64,000 bases of DNA. Source: Sminthopsis crassicaudata (taxonomy: Eukaryota). The notes under the pieces are model-generated. The model saw nothing but the letters and a program-made list of their open reading frames with translations. It was not told the origin of the DNA and made no database searches. A program made the position numbers and the translations under genes. The stretch covers positions 628,660,958 through 628,724,957 of the forward strand of contig NC_133617.1 of the NCBI RefSeq assembly GCF_048593235.1, read 5' to 3'. This document shows, piece after piece, positions 1 to 11,427 of this stretch. Within the stretch, counting starts at the first letter, position 1; each line of letters begins with the position of its first letter.

Positions 1-302
1 AGGAAGAAAGTCAGAAAAAGAGAGAGGGGGAAAAAGAGGGCAGGAACAGAGAAAAGAAGGAAGAGAGAAAGAAAAAGAGAGAGGGATGTGGAGAAGGAAG
101 AAAGAAAAGGAGGGAGGAAGTCAGATAAAAGAGGAAGGAAGAGAGAAAAGGAGTGAAGGAGAAAGAAAAAGAGGAAGAGAAAGAAGGAGAAAGGAAGTCA
201 GAAAAAGAGAGAGGGAAGAGGAGGGAGGAAGAGAAAAAAAAGGAAGGAAGGGAAGTGAGGAGAGACAGAGAAAGCAAGCAAGAAGGAGAGAAGAAAGGAA
301 GC
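1..302. repeat. GA-rich polypurine low-complexity tract
   Basis: Almost only A/G (AAGG, AGAG, GAAA motifs); explains the F/S/L-rich and E/K/R-rich spurious ORFs at 11-335. Confidence 0.95.
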
Positions 303-499
303 GAAAGGGTATCTTATAGCTTATCTTATAGCTAAAGAAACTCAGACCTCAGAGGGTAAGTTTAATTACTCAGGGACAAGCTGGTAGAAAGTGGCAGAAC
401 TGAGATTAGCCCCCAAAGAGAAGTCTAGTGTCAGCTGTGGCCAGCTACTAGTGTTCACACAAACCTTGTGATTCTCCTACTGAGCAAACTCATCTTCAA

Positions 500-725
500 G
501 AGACAGCATGGCATAGCAGAAAGAGTGCTGGACCAGTCATCAGAAGCCCTAGGTTCAAGTCTTGTCTTGGGCACTCAGTAGCTGGGCTATTTTAGACCAG
601 CCGTTTAATAGAAGAAAGAATAAGATGAAAAAAATACTTGTATTACCTACTTCATGAAGCTGTTGTGTGTGGGAAGTACTTTGTAAATTATAAAGCTCTA
701 TAGAAATGTGATTAATTATTATTTC
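500..725 (+). mobile_element. MIR (CORE-SINE)
   Basis: gcatggcatagcagaaagagtgctggac...ggttcaagtc head; tail ctttgtaaattataaagctctatagaaatgtgattaattattatt. Confidence 0.8.
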
Positions 726-729
726 TGCT

Positions 730-1090
730 GTGTGAGGCTCAACGCCAAGCACAGGGAGGATATAGTAGCAGAGAGAGAAGTAGCTTTGCTCCTATAGGAA
801 TTCACAACATTCTAGGGAAAATAAACAGTCTAGACAAGCTATATGGTCTACACTGGGGAAAACAATAACTCTGCACAAATAATTTCAATAATAATCATGC
901 TGTCTCCTTGGCCAAAAGATATGCTATGGAAACACAAGAACGGGTAAGATCATTTCCAATTATGGAGAGCAAGAAAGGCTTCATGGAGATGAAGGATACT
1001 GAAGGATATTAGGCAGATGGATACTAAGGATCCAGGCATTTCAGCAGAATAATATGAGGCAGGAAAATGCAGAGCATGTTTGGAGAACAG
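730..1090 (-). mobile_element. L2 LINE 3' fragment
   Basis: Purine-rich antisense L2-like text (ccaagcacagggaggatat...ggaattcacaacattctagg...gagcatgtttggagaacag). Confidence 0.5.
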
Positions 1091-1104
1091 AATCCCTTAC
1101 ATCT

Positions 1105-1225
1105 TGGCACATGACTTCCCAAAGCCCTTCCCCATTCAGGATGTTATTTCATCCTCACAACAACCCGTGAGATAAGGCAGGGTAGGTGTTATTATCCCCA
1201 TTTTACAGATAATGGAGTAGGCCCA
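1105..1225 (-). mobile_element. MIR fragment
   Basis: atcctcacaacaacccgtgagataaggcaggg...attatccccattttacagat matches the antisense MIR core. Confidence 0.8.
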
Positions 1226-1339
1226 GCAGTGGGATGGGGATGGTAAAGAAATTTAAATTGATGCTTGATGAATGTGAGTTGAAAGGAAAGATTTTTAGCC
1301 AGGAATGGAGGGCGGGGAGGAGAAGACTTAATGCCCACA

Positions 1340-1670
1340 CTTTCACTTTCTTTAGGCATATGAAAAGTTGCTGTGGTTGAGAGGGATTAATTTTTTTCTT
1401 TGTGGCTCCAGAGGACAGAGTCAAGACCAATGTGGGATTGGGAGCACATGAGGAGGAAGGGGAAAGAGGGGAAATGACAGAAAAGGCAATTTCTGCTGTT
1501 TCAAGGGGAAAAACTCTCTAAGCATCAGAATTACCTGCTATCACCCCTATTTTTGAGAATAAGCTAGGTGACTATTGGTCAGGGATATTGAAGAGAATAT
1601 TTAAATTTTGTGTATGGGTTATATTGGATGACCTCAGGAGTCCCTTCCAGTTTAGATATATTCTGTGATT
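1340..1670 (+). mobile_element. CR1/L3 LINE 3' end
   Basis: ctccagaggacagagtcaagaccaat...ggatgacctcaggagtcccttccagtttagatatattctgtgatt (CR1 tail with ATTCTGTG). Confidence 0.6.
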
Positions 1671-2370
1671 ATAGAGTGATACAAATTTAAGCAAGACTCC
1701 AACCCAGGCCTTCTCCTTCCTAGCCCAGTTCTTTTTTATTATACTGCATCACCTCTCAGAGTGTCTAGAGACTCTAATTTCTTCCTGAGGGAAAGGTAGA
1801 CTGAAAGTCCCCCACCCAGACAGGGAGCACATGAAAACAGAAAGAGCCCTAGGGATAGGGTACCTAGGGTGAAAAGCCAGCTCTGCTTCTTACTATATAA
1901 CTGGCTCTTGATATCAGTTCTTCACTTGTAGGATTAGAAATACGGATTAATTGATCTCTCCTGGACCTTCCAACTTAAAATACTCTTTGGTCCTATGGAC
2001 TACTGTCTCCATTGTATATAGCTCAGTTCCTTGTGAAGCCATCTCTAAGCCCCCTTCTGAATCTAGGAAAGGAGAGACAACTGTGGTTGGTGTGTTGGGA
2101 TTTGAAGAAGTGCTTTTTTATCCCCAAGTGGGCAGCTACAAAGAGGTAATATAATATCTGGAGAAAGAGCACTGACTCTGCAGTCAGATTCCAGGTTCAA
2201 GTTCCACTTCTGAAAGCTTGTTACCCAAGTATCATTTAACATTCCTGAGTTTCAGTTTCTTCATCCATAAAGTGATAAGATTCTAATTCCAGATCTATCA
2301 TCCTCTGACTATGATATGCTTCTGATTCCCAGAAACTGGCTCAGAACATTGTGGTTAGCTCGGAAGTGCT

Positions 2371-2373
2371 GTA

Positions 2374-2404
<31 letters not shown>
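2371..2404. repeat. (GTAT)2(GT)13 microsatellite
   Basis: Read directly. Confidence 0.95.
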
Positions 2405-3161
2405 CTGTATATACTTTGTATGTTTGAAGAAAAATAGAAATCATCCAACTCAGTTCCTCATTTTGCACATTAGGAAACAAGCCAAGAGAGGGATTACTGT
2501 TTGCCCAAAGTTGCAGAGTGTGTTGGTTCCAAAGCTGAGACTAGACCCCAGGTTTCTGGTCTTCTTTCCACTGAACTTGGCTGTCACTCAAGGAGGCTTA
2601 CTAGCTGTTTCTTCAGTGCCTTTCAGAGTGAGAATAAGAGCTTTGTCTTTCTTGAGTTGCATAGTAGTTCAGAGGATGAATGACTGGTACGCATGTCATG
2701 TTGTTTGACATGCTTTGGGGATCTTTGAGATCAGAGTCTCTGCCCTGGAGACAATCCAAGCTTCAGTGGGATCTTCATTGCGGTGATCTCTACCACCTCT
2801 CCCCTTATATGTCCAATAAGACTCTAAGGCTATGGAGAGTGATAGGTCAGTTTCATTGAGCATTCCCTTTAATCTCTTCTGCTGTATCATCTGCTCTCCC
2901 CTTGCACCCTAAGGACCACAAGACCTTTCTGTCTGCTGTGTAGCTGAAGCTTCCTGTATCAAGCCATTGCCACCTCAATTGCAATGTCAGTTCCTTCAGA
3001 GAAGAGACTGTCTTGCTGTTTCTGTTTCCTCAGCTTAGTACAGTGCTTAGCACTTAATGCTTAATACTTTGCCATTCCATTCATTAACAAACTCTGTTAT
3101 CACAGATGTGGTTGGAAGTACATACCCAAAGATAAAAGTCTCTCTCCGCATAACTTGATCT

Positions 3162-3596
3162 TCATTCCACTCTAAAATGCATTTTGGGGAGATTAGAGAA
3201 ACTCTTGTGTGAAACGGGGTCCTGAAACGACTTTTGCTTTATGACTATATCGGAAGCACATCTGGCTAGTTTCCATGTAACCTCCCTGCTTTCCTTAATG
3301 CCTTGCTTTGAGTAAAAGCTGCTCAGCTGAATTGATAAGTCCTCAGTTCCTTTTTTAAAAAGTTCCTCTATCCTCATAGCAGATGTAAAATTGCCCTCAG
3401 TATTATAAGTAGTGTAACCCCAGATAATCACAGCATATGCCTCACTGCCTTGGCTTCCATCCACCTCCATGGTGGGGGCTCTATAGTGCTGGCTATTACC
3501 ACCGCAGTCAAGGAGGCAGGACAGTTCAGCTTTGGGAGCAAGAAGGCAACAGATGTTTCTACTGGCCCTAATGAGGATTCCAGCCTCTCTCTCATT
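3162..3596 (-). CDS. Candidate terminal coding exon or chance ORF, 144 aa (NEREAGILIRASRNICCLL...KMHFRVE*), product unknown
   Basis: Non-repeat island; pyrimidine tract ttcatctctttctgtttttatctgctacctgtaagcagccttAG upstream on the minus strand; 435-nt open frame; internal ATG (3470) in cccaccATGG context. No homology recognised. Confidence 0.3.
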   Translation of the reverse strand, partial: NEREAGILIRASRNICCLLAPKAELSCLLDCGGNSQHYRAPTMEVDGSQGSEAYAVIIWGYTTYNTEGNFTSAMRIEELFKKGTEDLSIQLSSFYSKQGIKESREVTWKLARCASDIVIKQKSFQDPVSHKSFSNLPKMHFRVE

Positions 3597-5099
3597 CTAA
3601 GGCTGCTTACAGGTAGCAGATAAAAACAGAAAGAGATGAAGTTAAGTTCAGGGCACAGAACATTGGGGGATTATATGTGGTGGTACTTGCAATGATGATG
3701 ATACGTTGACAAAAACTGTGTTTTTGCTTTTATAGTGCTTCTTTGTAGTTTTAATTGCTGGCCAGATTTCTCTACTTATTTGTTCCTCTTCATCTGTTCC
3801 CTTCAATATTTTACTTTAATTCACTTTCTATTTGGTTTCCGTTCTTGTTTCCTTGAATTTGACAGTTCCAAGGCATTCCTCTTTTTAGAGTCTTCCTTTT
3901 CATCTTCTGTTGATTCAGGGAATCCCTGTATGACCCCAACTGTGATTATTTCTAATCATGTTTGGTAGGGCTCTGACTCACTTGGAACCCCTTGTTCATA
4001 ACTATGCTCATTACTAGCCCATCTGTAATCCACAGTTAACTGTTGTCCTAAAGGATAAGTGGTCTGATGATAGACGTCCAAGGCCTATGCCTCTAGGTAG
4101 TATTTAACTTCCAGTAAGAAAGGATGGGGAGAAGAAGAAAGGATACAGATCCCTTGTGTCTGGTCAGAATTCTCCATTTAGAAAGCACTGGACATCTCCA
4201 CTCTATTTCCTGTCTTTTGACCAGGGAAAGGGTTGGGATGAATTGCATAATAACAATGTATATTTCTTTAATGCTTTAAGGTTTACAATGTGCTTTGACC
4301 AAAAAAACCCAATATGGTAGGTAGTAAAGTTGACAACAATCCTACAAAATATTTCTCCCCTTTTACAAATAGTGAAATTAAGTCTCAAGAAAATGGCGTA
4401 ACTCACTCAAAGATACATAGCTTGGATAGGAACCCAGGTCTTATAGTTGATAATGATAGCTTATAATCAGACAGATCAAAGAACCAGGAAAGAACAGGAT
4501 CACAAAGACCTTGAAAGAAAAGATAGTAAGGAAAAAAAGGGTAATCAACAGAATTAAAGGCTACAGCGAGGTCATGAAAAATGAGAATTTAGAAAGGGCC
4601 ACTAGATTTGAAAATCCAACATGTGCTTGAACCCCTATAATAATGGAAATCTTACTACTTCTGCTGGAAATCCATTTTATTTTTTGGACAAATCTATTTG
4701 TTAAGAATCTTTGCCTTAAATTGAATGTTTATATCTTCAACTAACTTCAACCCACGGATCCCAATTCTGTACTCTAGGATCAGTCAATCAGTACATATTT
4801 ATTAAGTACTTACTATGTGTCAGGAACTATGCTAAATCTTGTAGATATAAAAATAGGCAACCCTTAAGGGGAGGGTATATTATACTCTAATTATATTATA
4901 CTGTAATTATATAAATTATATTATATATAATTATATATATGAATTAAAATTCATATATATAATTATAATCTAACAGCAAAGACAACATGCAAAGAAATTT
5001 ATACAAAGCAAATTATATACAGGCTAAATAGGATTTAATTTATACTGAAAAGATATATATAAATGAATAGGGGTTGAAAAGGATTTTTAAGAAAAAAAT

Positions 5100-6870
5100 T
5101 CCAGCATTCTTTCACAAGACAATCTTTCTAATAATTGAAGACAGCTATTATGCCCCAGTAAGTCTTCTCTTTTCCACATTAACCATTTATCGTTTGCAAC
5201 TAGTCATAGTTTACAGATCCCTCACCATTTAAGCTGCCTGCCTTTGGATAGAATCCATCTGATCATTTTCTTTTCTAAGATGGAATATTCCAAAATGGGG
5301 TCTGGCATAGGAGGAGCACAACAAAACTGTCAACTTCTTCATTGTGGACAGCAAGAGGCCCAAAAAAAAGACATTAGATTTTTTTTTGTCTTTCATGGCA
5401 TACTACTGACTCATATTAAATTTGTCCACAGAAACCTTAGCTATTTTCCACAATATAGTTACATAATCAAGCTTTCCTAATCCCTATTTGTACAATTAAT
5501 TTTTAAAAATCTTCATTAAGTTTTTTTTTTTGTTCAATCATTTCTATTTAATATTATCTTAGTAGATTTTGTCTATCATTTTGGTTTGCCAAGATTTTTT
5601 TGGATTCTAATTGTCAACCAACCTGCTAGCTCTCCCTTTTGGTTTTGTGTTATCAGATTTGGTTAACTTTCATCCAAGTCGGTGATAAAAATATTGAAGA
5701 GCAAAGCTATTGACAGAACCTTATGATACTCCAGGAGAGACTTGCCTCCAACTTGACAGCAATCCACTCATTAATCACTACTTTTTGGGGATTAGTCACT
5801 TGGCTACTCTCAAATGTATATCATTATACTACCATCTGGGCCAAAGACAAATGCTTTTTTGTGATCAATCAACAAATAATGAGCACTATTGGATCTTGTA
5901 TTTCCTACATCTTTTTAGTTGATTATGTAACTATAAAATAAGATGGCATGCATAAAATAATGTTTATGAAAACTTGCCTTTTTTCTTCTCATTCATTCAT
6001 CAAAGTAACCCTTAGGACATGGGCAGATCATTATTGTAAAGATTTTATAGGCATTTTATAAAAGACATATGGGTGATAGTTATGGCTGGTCTATTAGCTC
6101 CTTTTTTTGTGGATAGTAATATTGTCTATGATTGTCCCAATCGTTTGATATCTTCTCTTCTTCAAGAGCAGTGGATAGGGCACTGGGACCTGGAGTCAGG
6201 AAGGGCCAAATTCAAATCTAGCCTCAAGTACTTATTAGGTATATAACAATGAGCAAGTCACTTAAGCTCCGTGTGTATTCTTTTCCTCACCTGTAAAATG
6301 TGAATGATAGCACCTACGCTGCTGTTATATAAATGCTCATTCCCTTCCAAATACCTTGAGAATCTGTTTCTCAATTCTTTCAAAATGATATTGCTTCCAT
6401 TGAGTATACCTGGTTTTGTCTAGCTGTTCTCATTTTTATCTCTTTTGCAGCCATTTTCACTTCCTCCTAAAATGTGGAAAATATGTATTACCTGTAATGT
6501 GATGGTTCTACTGTAATTAATGGAGAAAATATTTTTGTTATAGAAATGTATAAATTGTATTGATATTTTCCACTTTTATCTGTTACCTTACTTCTATTGC
6601 CATGTTTAAATGTTCTCAGGAGAATTGGGTTTCATTGAATCTCATGCCAAGCTTTCTGCAACTTCTTTGCCACCATTTGTCCTTGCTTTATGATCTAATA
6701 TGACTCATTATTTCCTATCATTTTCCTTCATAAGTTTTTGAAATGAGAAATCTTAAGCTACCAATGACCTTTTGCCACCTAAGAGAGCAAACATTCACTG
6801 GGATAAGGCAATTTTTAGGCTTTTTTGGCCTCTTCATTGTGACAATTGTTTTGTATCAGTTTTTGTGGTT
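5100..6870 (-). mobile_element. CR1/L3 LINE, decayed RT region, interrupted by a MIR at ~6165-6330
   Basis: Antisense CR1 text (catccaagtcggtgataaaaatattgaagagc...gacagaaccttatgatactcc...ctccaacttgacagc). Confidence 0.7.
6165..6330 (+). mobile_element. MIR/CORE-SINE
   Basis: cagtggatagggcactgggacctggagtcaggaag...gagcaagtcacttaagctc...cctcacctgtaaaatg. Confidence 0.85.
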
Positions 6871-6884
6871 TGTTCTTCTTTCTC

Positions 6885-6995
6885 AAAGAAGACAATGACA
6901 GACATCAAGAGCATGATGTCTTGATTTGCCCATGAATTACATTTGAATGAAGCAGAACTGCACAAAATCTTCAGTCTTGTTCTCTCCAATTTGAA
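6885..6995. mobile_element. RTESINE/WALLSI-type fragment (shares sequence with the RTE 5' region)
   Basis: Reverse-complement similarity to 19600-19690 (atgatgtcttgatttgcccatgaattacatttgaatgaagcagaactgc). Confidence 0.6.
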
Positions 6996-8589
6996 AGGAA
7001 ATAGGTGTCTTTTCCTTTCTATTTACCATTTTAAGGCACCAGTATAGTAATGATTGACATTAAAATCATTCTTTATGATATATAAAGGGCCTTCATTTCC
7101 ATTATTTTATTGAGTAATATAGACTAGAGTCACAACCATCATGACAATGGGGTAAAAGCTCAGTTTGGGGGACAGATTGGTTTTGGGTAATCACAGGGAA
7201 AGAAGATATTCTAGTAGGGGAAAGAAACACCATGAACAAAGATACAGAGAAATAATCATTGAACGTGAACTTTTACAACTAAAAGGAACCTTAGACATCA
7301 CCTACTTCAGCCCCTCATCTCATAGAAAAGCAAACCAGAGAAGGCTGAGTGATTTCTCCAGGTGGTCACACAACTAGGAATTAGAAGAGCCAGACTCACA
7401 CTGCCTCCCAAGCAGCTCATGGCAGTTAGTTAGCAGCCTTGGCACTCAGCCCTGAAGGTGTCTTGGTACCACTAGGAACCTTTTTGGAAATTTTCCCTCT
7501 TTCCAGGTTGCTGTGCACATGGCTCTTGGCCCCTGCCTTTTGTGTCATGTGCCTTTTTAAAGATACCCACATTGTCCCACTCCCAAAGCTCACCAGCAGC
7601 AGGTGAATTCCTACACAACTGTCCCATTTCCATATTCATTACAAAGCTGACATTCCAGCAGCATTGAGGGTGAAAATCAATTACACTAACGTCAGAAAAT
7701 GCCAGAGCAGCGGCTCCAAGCTCTACTATTGGTGAGTTGGGTGGTGCATGCTTTATACTTTATGGCCTTACTATTACACACAGGAACAAGCATATATTAT
7801 AGTGGCATATTTAACAAGAAAAAGGAGGAAGAGAATTTCCTTGGTGTGCACAGTTGTGAGCTAACCCTGATTCAAGAGCTGCTCGCTGAAAGCCTGTCTT
7901 TTTTAAATGCTAGCATTCGTTCCACATTCCCAACATTTAGAGATTTACCTCCACTATTTAACCCAGGTGGGGAGAATCACAGTTGCTTGAAGAGAATCGA
8001 GTCCTTCCTCCTTTTCCTGGTAAAGGAGATGCCATCACAGCCTGGTACCCCTATTTAGCCCTCCTCCTCTGCCCAGGTCTTGATTACTGTTGTGTGCAAA
8101 ACACTACTTTCCATGTTTATAACTAACATTATGCAAAAGGTTCATCAAATTTTATTTCCCTGCCTCTAAGCTGCAGCTTAGTGAGGCTGTATTGTGTATT
8201 TATTCCTTTATTTTCTTATAAGAGCTCAAAGTCCTCCCACAGATATCTTATCTCATTTGGCTCAGAGAATAGGTATGCAGAAGAGGCTGAATGGATATTC
8301 CAAGTTGTTTGAATTCTGAAATCCAGCATCGATAACTGGGACAAAAATTTTGACATATATACATGTCATACCTTCTTCCCCATTAGCATGTAAACTTTTT
8401 GAGGACACTGTGTTTTATTTCATCATTATACACAGTATCTTTTTCATAAGTGTTTGCTGAATAATAATAAGTTACATTTATGTGGCTCTGTATCACCTTA
8501 TGGAGCTGAAGAAGAGCTCAAATGTGATTGTGTATTTAACAAGCTTTGTAAACCTTTTAAGCTGTATGTGAACATAAGCTATGATTATT

Positions 8590-8830
8590 GAGCTCACAGT
8601 TTGGTGAAGTAAAAAAAGCCCTGGATTAGTAATCAAAAACCTGCTTTTCTCTGTTTCAGACTCACTACTTAATATCTATATGATATATATATATGATAGG
8701 CTCCTTAAGCCTCAGTTTCCTTATCTATAAACTGAGATTAAAATATCTATTCTATCCACCTCACATAGATGTTATGAGGAAATGGTTTTGTAAATCATAA
8801 AGGGCTATAGAAAGAGTAACCATTATTATT
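8590..8830 (+). mobile_element. MIR
   Basis: ccttaagcctcagtttccttatctataaactgag...cacctcacatagatgttatgagg...tgtaaatcataaagggctatagaaa. Confidence 0.8.
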
Positions 8831-9819
8831 AAAAATAACTGCATATATAATATCAGATCCGCTAGGCCTGGGAGCTAAGATAGCTCCTTCTCCCGCTAAG
8901 GGGACACATTTCCTGAGCTCAAGAATAATATGCATTTAATATATACATAAGATGAACCAATATGGATTCAGTGCTAGTCTCTGAAGAGAGAGATAAAGTT
9001 CTTTAATTCCCTGGCTCTTTACATCCCCAAATCTAGCATCCTGGAGAAAATCACTTTAAAAAGGCTTAGGTTTGTCTAATGTTTGGGATTTCCTCAAAGG
9101 AGATCAGAAAGATAATCAATGTAGAATTTTGAACAGAATCATGGCTATCTATTCTCTTCACACAAATAATGCTTCACATGCACACATTGACAAAAATTTA
9201 AAACATGAAACAATAACCCATAACTTCCACTATAATCTCTTGAAAGACTGAAACTTAAAACATTAAAGCAAGAGACACTTAGTTTCTCCAAGAGACTTGT
9301 GAGAATCAAGCCCTTCCTCCTCTTACTGATAAGGGAGATGTCACCACTGGCTGGTAAACTTATTTAGCCCTCTTTTTCTGCCCAGCTCCTGATCACTAAG
9401 CAGGAGATTATTGCTCTGTGCAAAATAGTACTTTATATATTTATAATAACATTTTGCAAAAAGTTCATCAAATTTAATTTTCCAAACAACCATTTCATCT
9501 TCAATTCAGCTCTGCACTGTCCAAACAACTACTTTGCTATTCCTGTCTTCTGTCAAGCTAGGGCATAGCTTGGATTAATTATCTGGATAATGATCATCTT
9601 TTCTGAGCAAAGTGTAGTTGCAGAATATTCCTTCTGCTGCTAGGCAGTTCTTGGAGACTCCAAGGCTAGAGATCACTATTTGGTCACCTGTCCTCAAGGA
9701 AAGAAATACAAAGCAAAAAAGGCAACCAAGACAGAAACTATTATGAACATAGCTACCTCCTTTCCACCTGCCCGTATTTAGTATCCATCTAGTTCATAAC
9801 TTAGAAATATAGGTTTAGT

Positions 9820-10400
9820 TCTGTCTATAAATGTATTAAGGAATACAAAAAAGGCAAAAACCAACCCCTATTCTGAAGGAACTCATGCAAACAGTTATGT
9901 CAAAACAAAATATATCCTTGGCAAATTGAAAATAAGTCAACAGGAGTAAGACACTAGCATTAGAAAGAAGCAAGAATGTCTTCCTACAGAAGGTAGGATT
10001 TTAGCTGGGACTTGAAGGAAGCAAATGAGGTAGAAATGAGAAAACATAGCATTTCATGCCCGGAAGACAGTAAAAATGCCAAGGATCAAGAAATGGGAAG
10101 TCTTGTTCATAGGAAAAACAATGTTACTAGATCAAAGAGAATGTGGGTGGGGGTACAGGCAGAATCAGTATAAGGTGTAAGAAGACTGGGAAGGTGAGTG
10201 GTGGCAGGTTATACGGGACTTTGAAAACATAGGGTTTTATATTTGATCTTGGAGATGATAGAAAGCCACTGGAGTTAAGAATGGAGTTGACATTGTCAGA
10301 CCTGTGCTTTAGGAAGATCCCTTTGACAGCTGATTGGAGGCTGGTCCATCTATGAAATATTGGCAAAGTTCTATATGAGACTATCAGGCAAATGTGAATA
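9820..10400 (-). mobile_element. L2 LINE fragment
   Basis: ggattttagctgggacttgaagg...ggtggcaggttatacgggactttgaa...gccactggagttaagaatggagttgacattgtcagacctgtgctttaggaagat. Confidence 0.8.
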
Positions 10401-10639
10401 TTTTTAAAAGAAAATAACGATAACAAGAAGCCAGCCTAGTGTTCAATAAGTGCAAATGATACCAGATTAACTTCAGTTCCCTTTTTTGACACGGTTTGCT
10501 GGAATGACAACTCAGAGAATTCTTTAAATATAATTCTGTCTTGGTTGGAACTTGGCATTCGACAACATTTCTCATGTTGGTCTATGGACAAATTTTAGAA
10601 TTATAGATAATAGTCCAGTTAGCTGAATTTATAGCTAGT

Positions 10640-10900
10640 GGGAAACTATCCTTAAAGACTGTTGATAGACATGTTTAACTAATTTGAGGATGACACAGAG
10701 CTAATATGTTGGATGATAAAATCAGAATTCAAAAGACTTTTGACAGGTTAGAATGATGAGCCAGAATCAACAAGATGAAATTTAATAGGGCTAAAATTAA
10801 AGCCCTACATTTAGGCTCAAATAATCAACTATCCAAGCACAGGATGGATGAGATCTAATTTAATAGCAATTCATGTGGAAAAGACCTGGACGTTTTGGTT
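10640..10900 (+). mobile_element. CR1/L3 RT fragment
   Basis: tttgaggatgacacagagc (decayed FADDT region)...caacaagatgaaatttaatagggctaaa...gaaaagacctggacgttttggttga. Confidence 0.8.
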
Positions 10901-10904
10901 GAAT

Positions 10905-11427
10905 GAAAGCAAAGTAGCAGCTGGTAACCACAGGGCTTGGCTAGATGATTATATGAGTAACTGTGGGATGAAGCCAGCAAGTTCCAAGCTGAGATAAAAG
11001 GAGGGGCAAATCAGGGACAGGACAAAGCTCCTTACTGGGATGGGTGAGCCAAGCAACAGATGGGGAACAGTCAGGGGCATAGTCAATAAGCTAAGTCATG
11101 ATCATATAAACAGAGTAGCAAAGCCACTATTCGTCTGACAAAAGCCAGAAGCTCGGTGAAGAGGTTAAATTATGGAGACAAGACTTCTCTTTATATGGCA
11201 TACTCAATAGGGTAGCTCAGTGCTTCCTGGCCAGCTACAACCCTCTCATTGGTGTATTCTCTAAATCTTAAAGGGACTTGTTACTCGAGCTTTGTTAAGT
11301 GTGACATTTTTAGATTTCTCCTAACCAAGCTCTGTTAAGTGTGATATTTTAGATTTCTCCTAACCAACTTCTCAATTGGAAGACAAAGTTAGAGAAAGAC
11401 AGATCTTTGAATGCCATGAATGTGACA
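10905..11427 (-). mobile_element. Solo-LTR-like element
   Basis: About 520 bp abutting the CR1 break. On the minus strand it starts TGTCAC, has a 40/39-bp tandem duplication (11288-11366), CCAAT (11248-11252) and TATAAA (11190-11195). No clear AATAAA or TSD seen. Confidence 0.45.

Noticed and set aside
2696-3560. Filovirus VP35-like words in minus-strand translations (IPKACQ at 2705-2722 vs recalled Ebola IPRACQ; ALESYWTYKG; PPPWRWMEAKAVR). Marsupials are known to carry filovirus-like endogenous elements.
   Set aside because: Matches are only 5-6 residues, lie in different frames, and their spacing is not co-linear with VP35. Chance is more likely. A tBLASTn/HHpred hit to VP35 would reopen it.
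7659-7731. Exon-like segment with ATG (MPEQRLQALLL) and donor TTG|GTGAGT
   Set aside because: Acceptor tract is mediocre, the peptide is short and unrecognised, and such pseudo-exons are expected in 64 kb.
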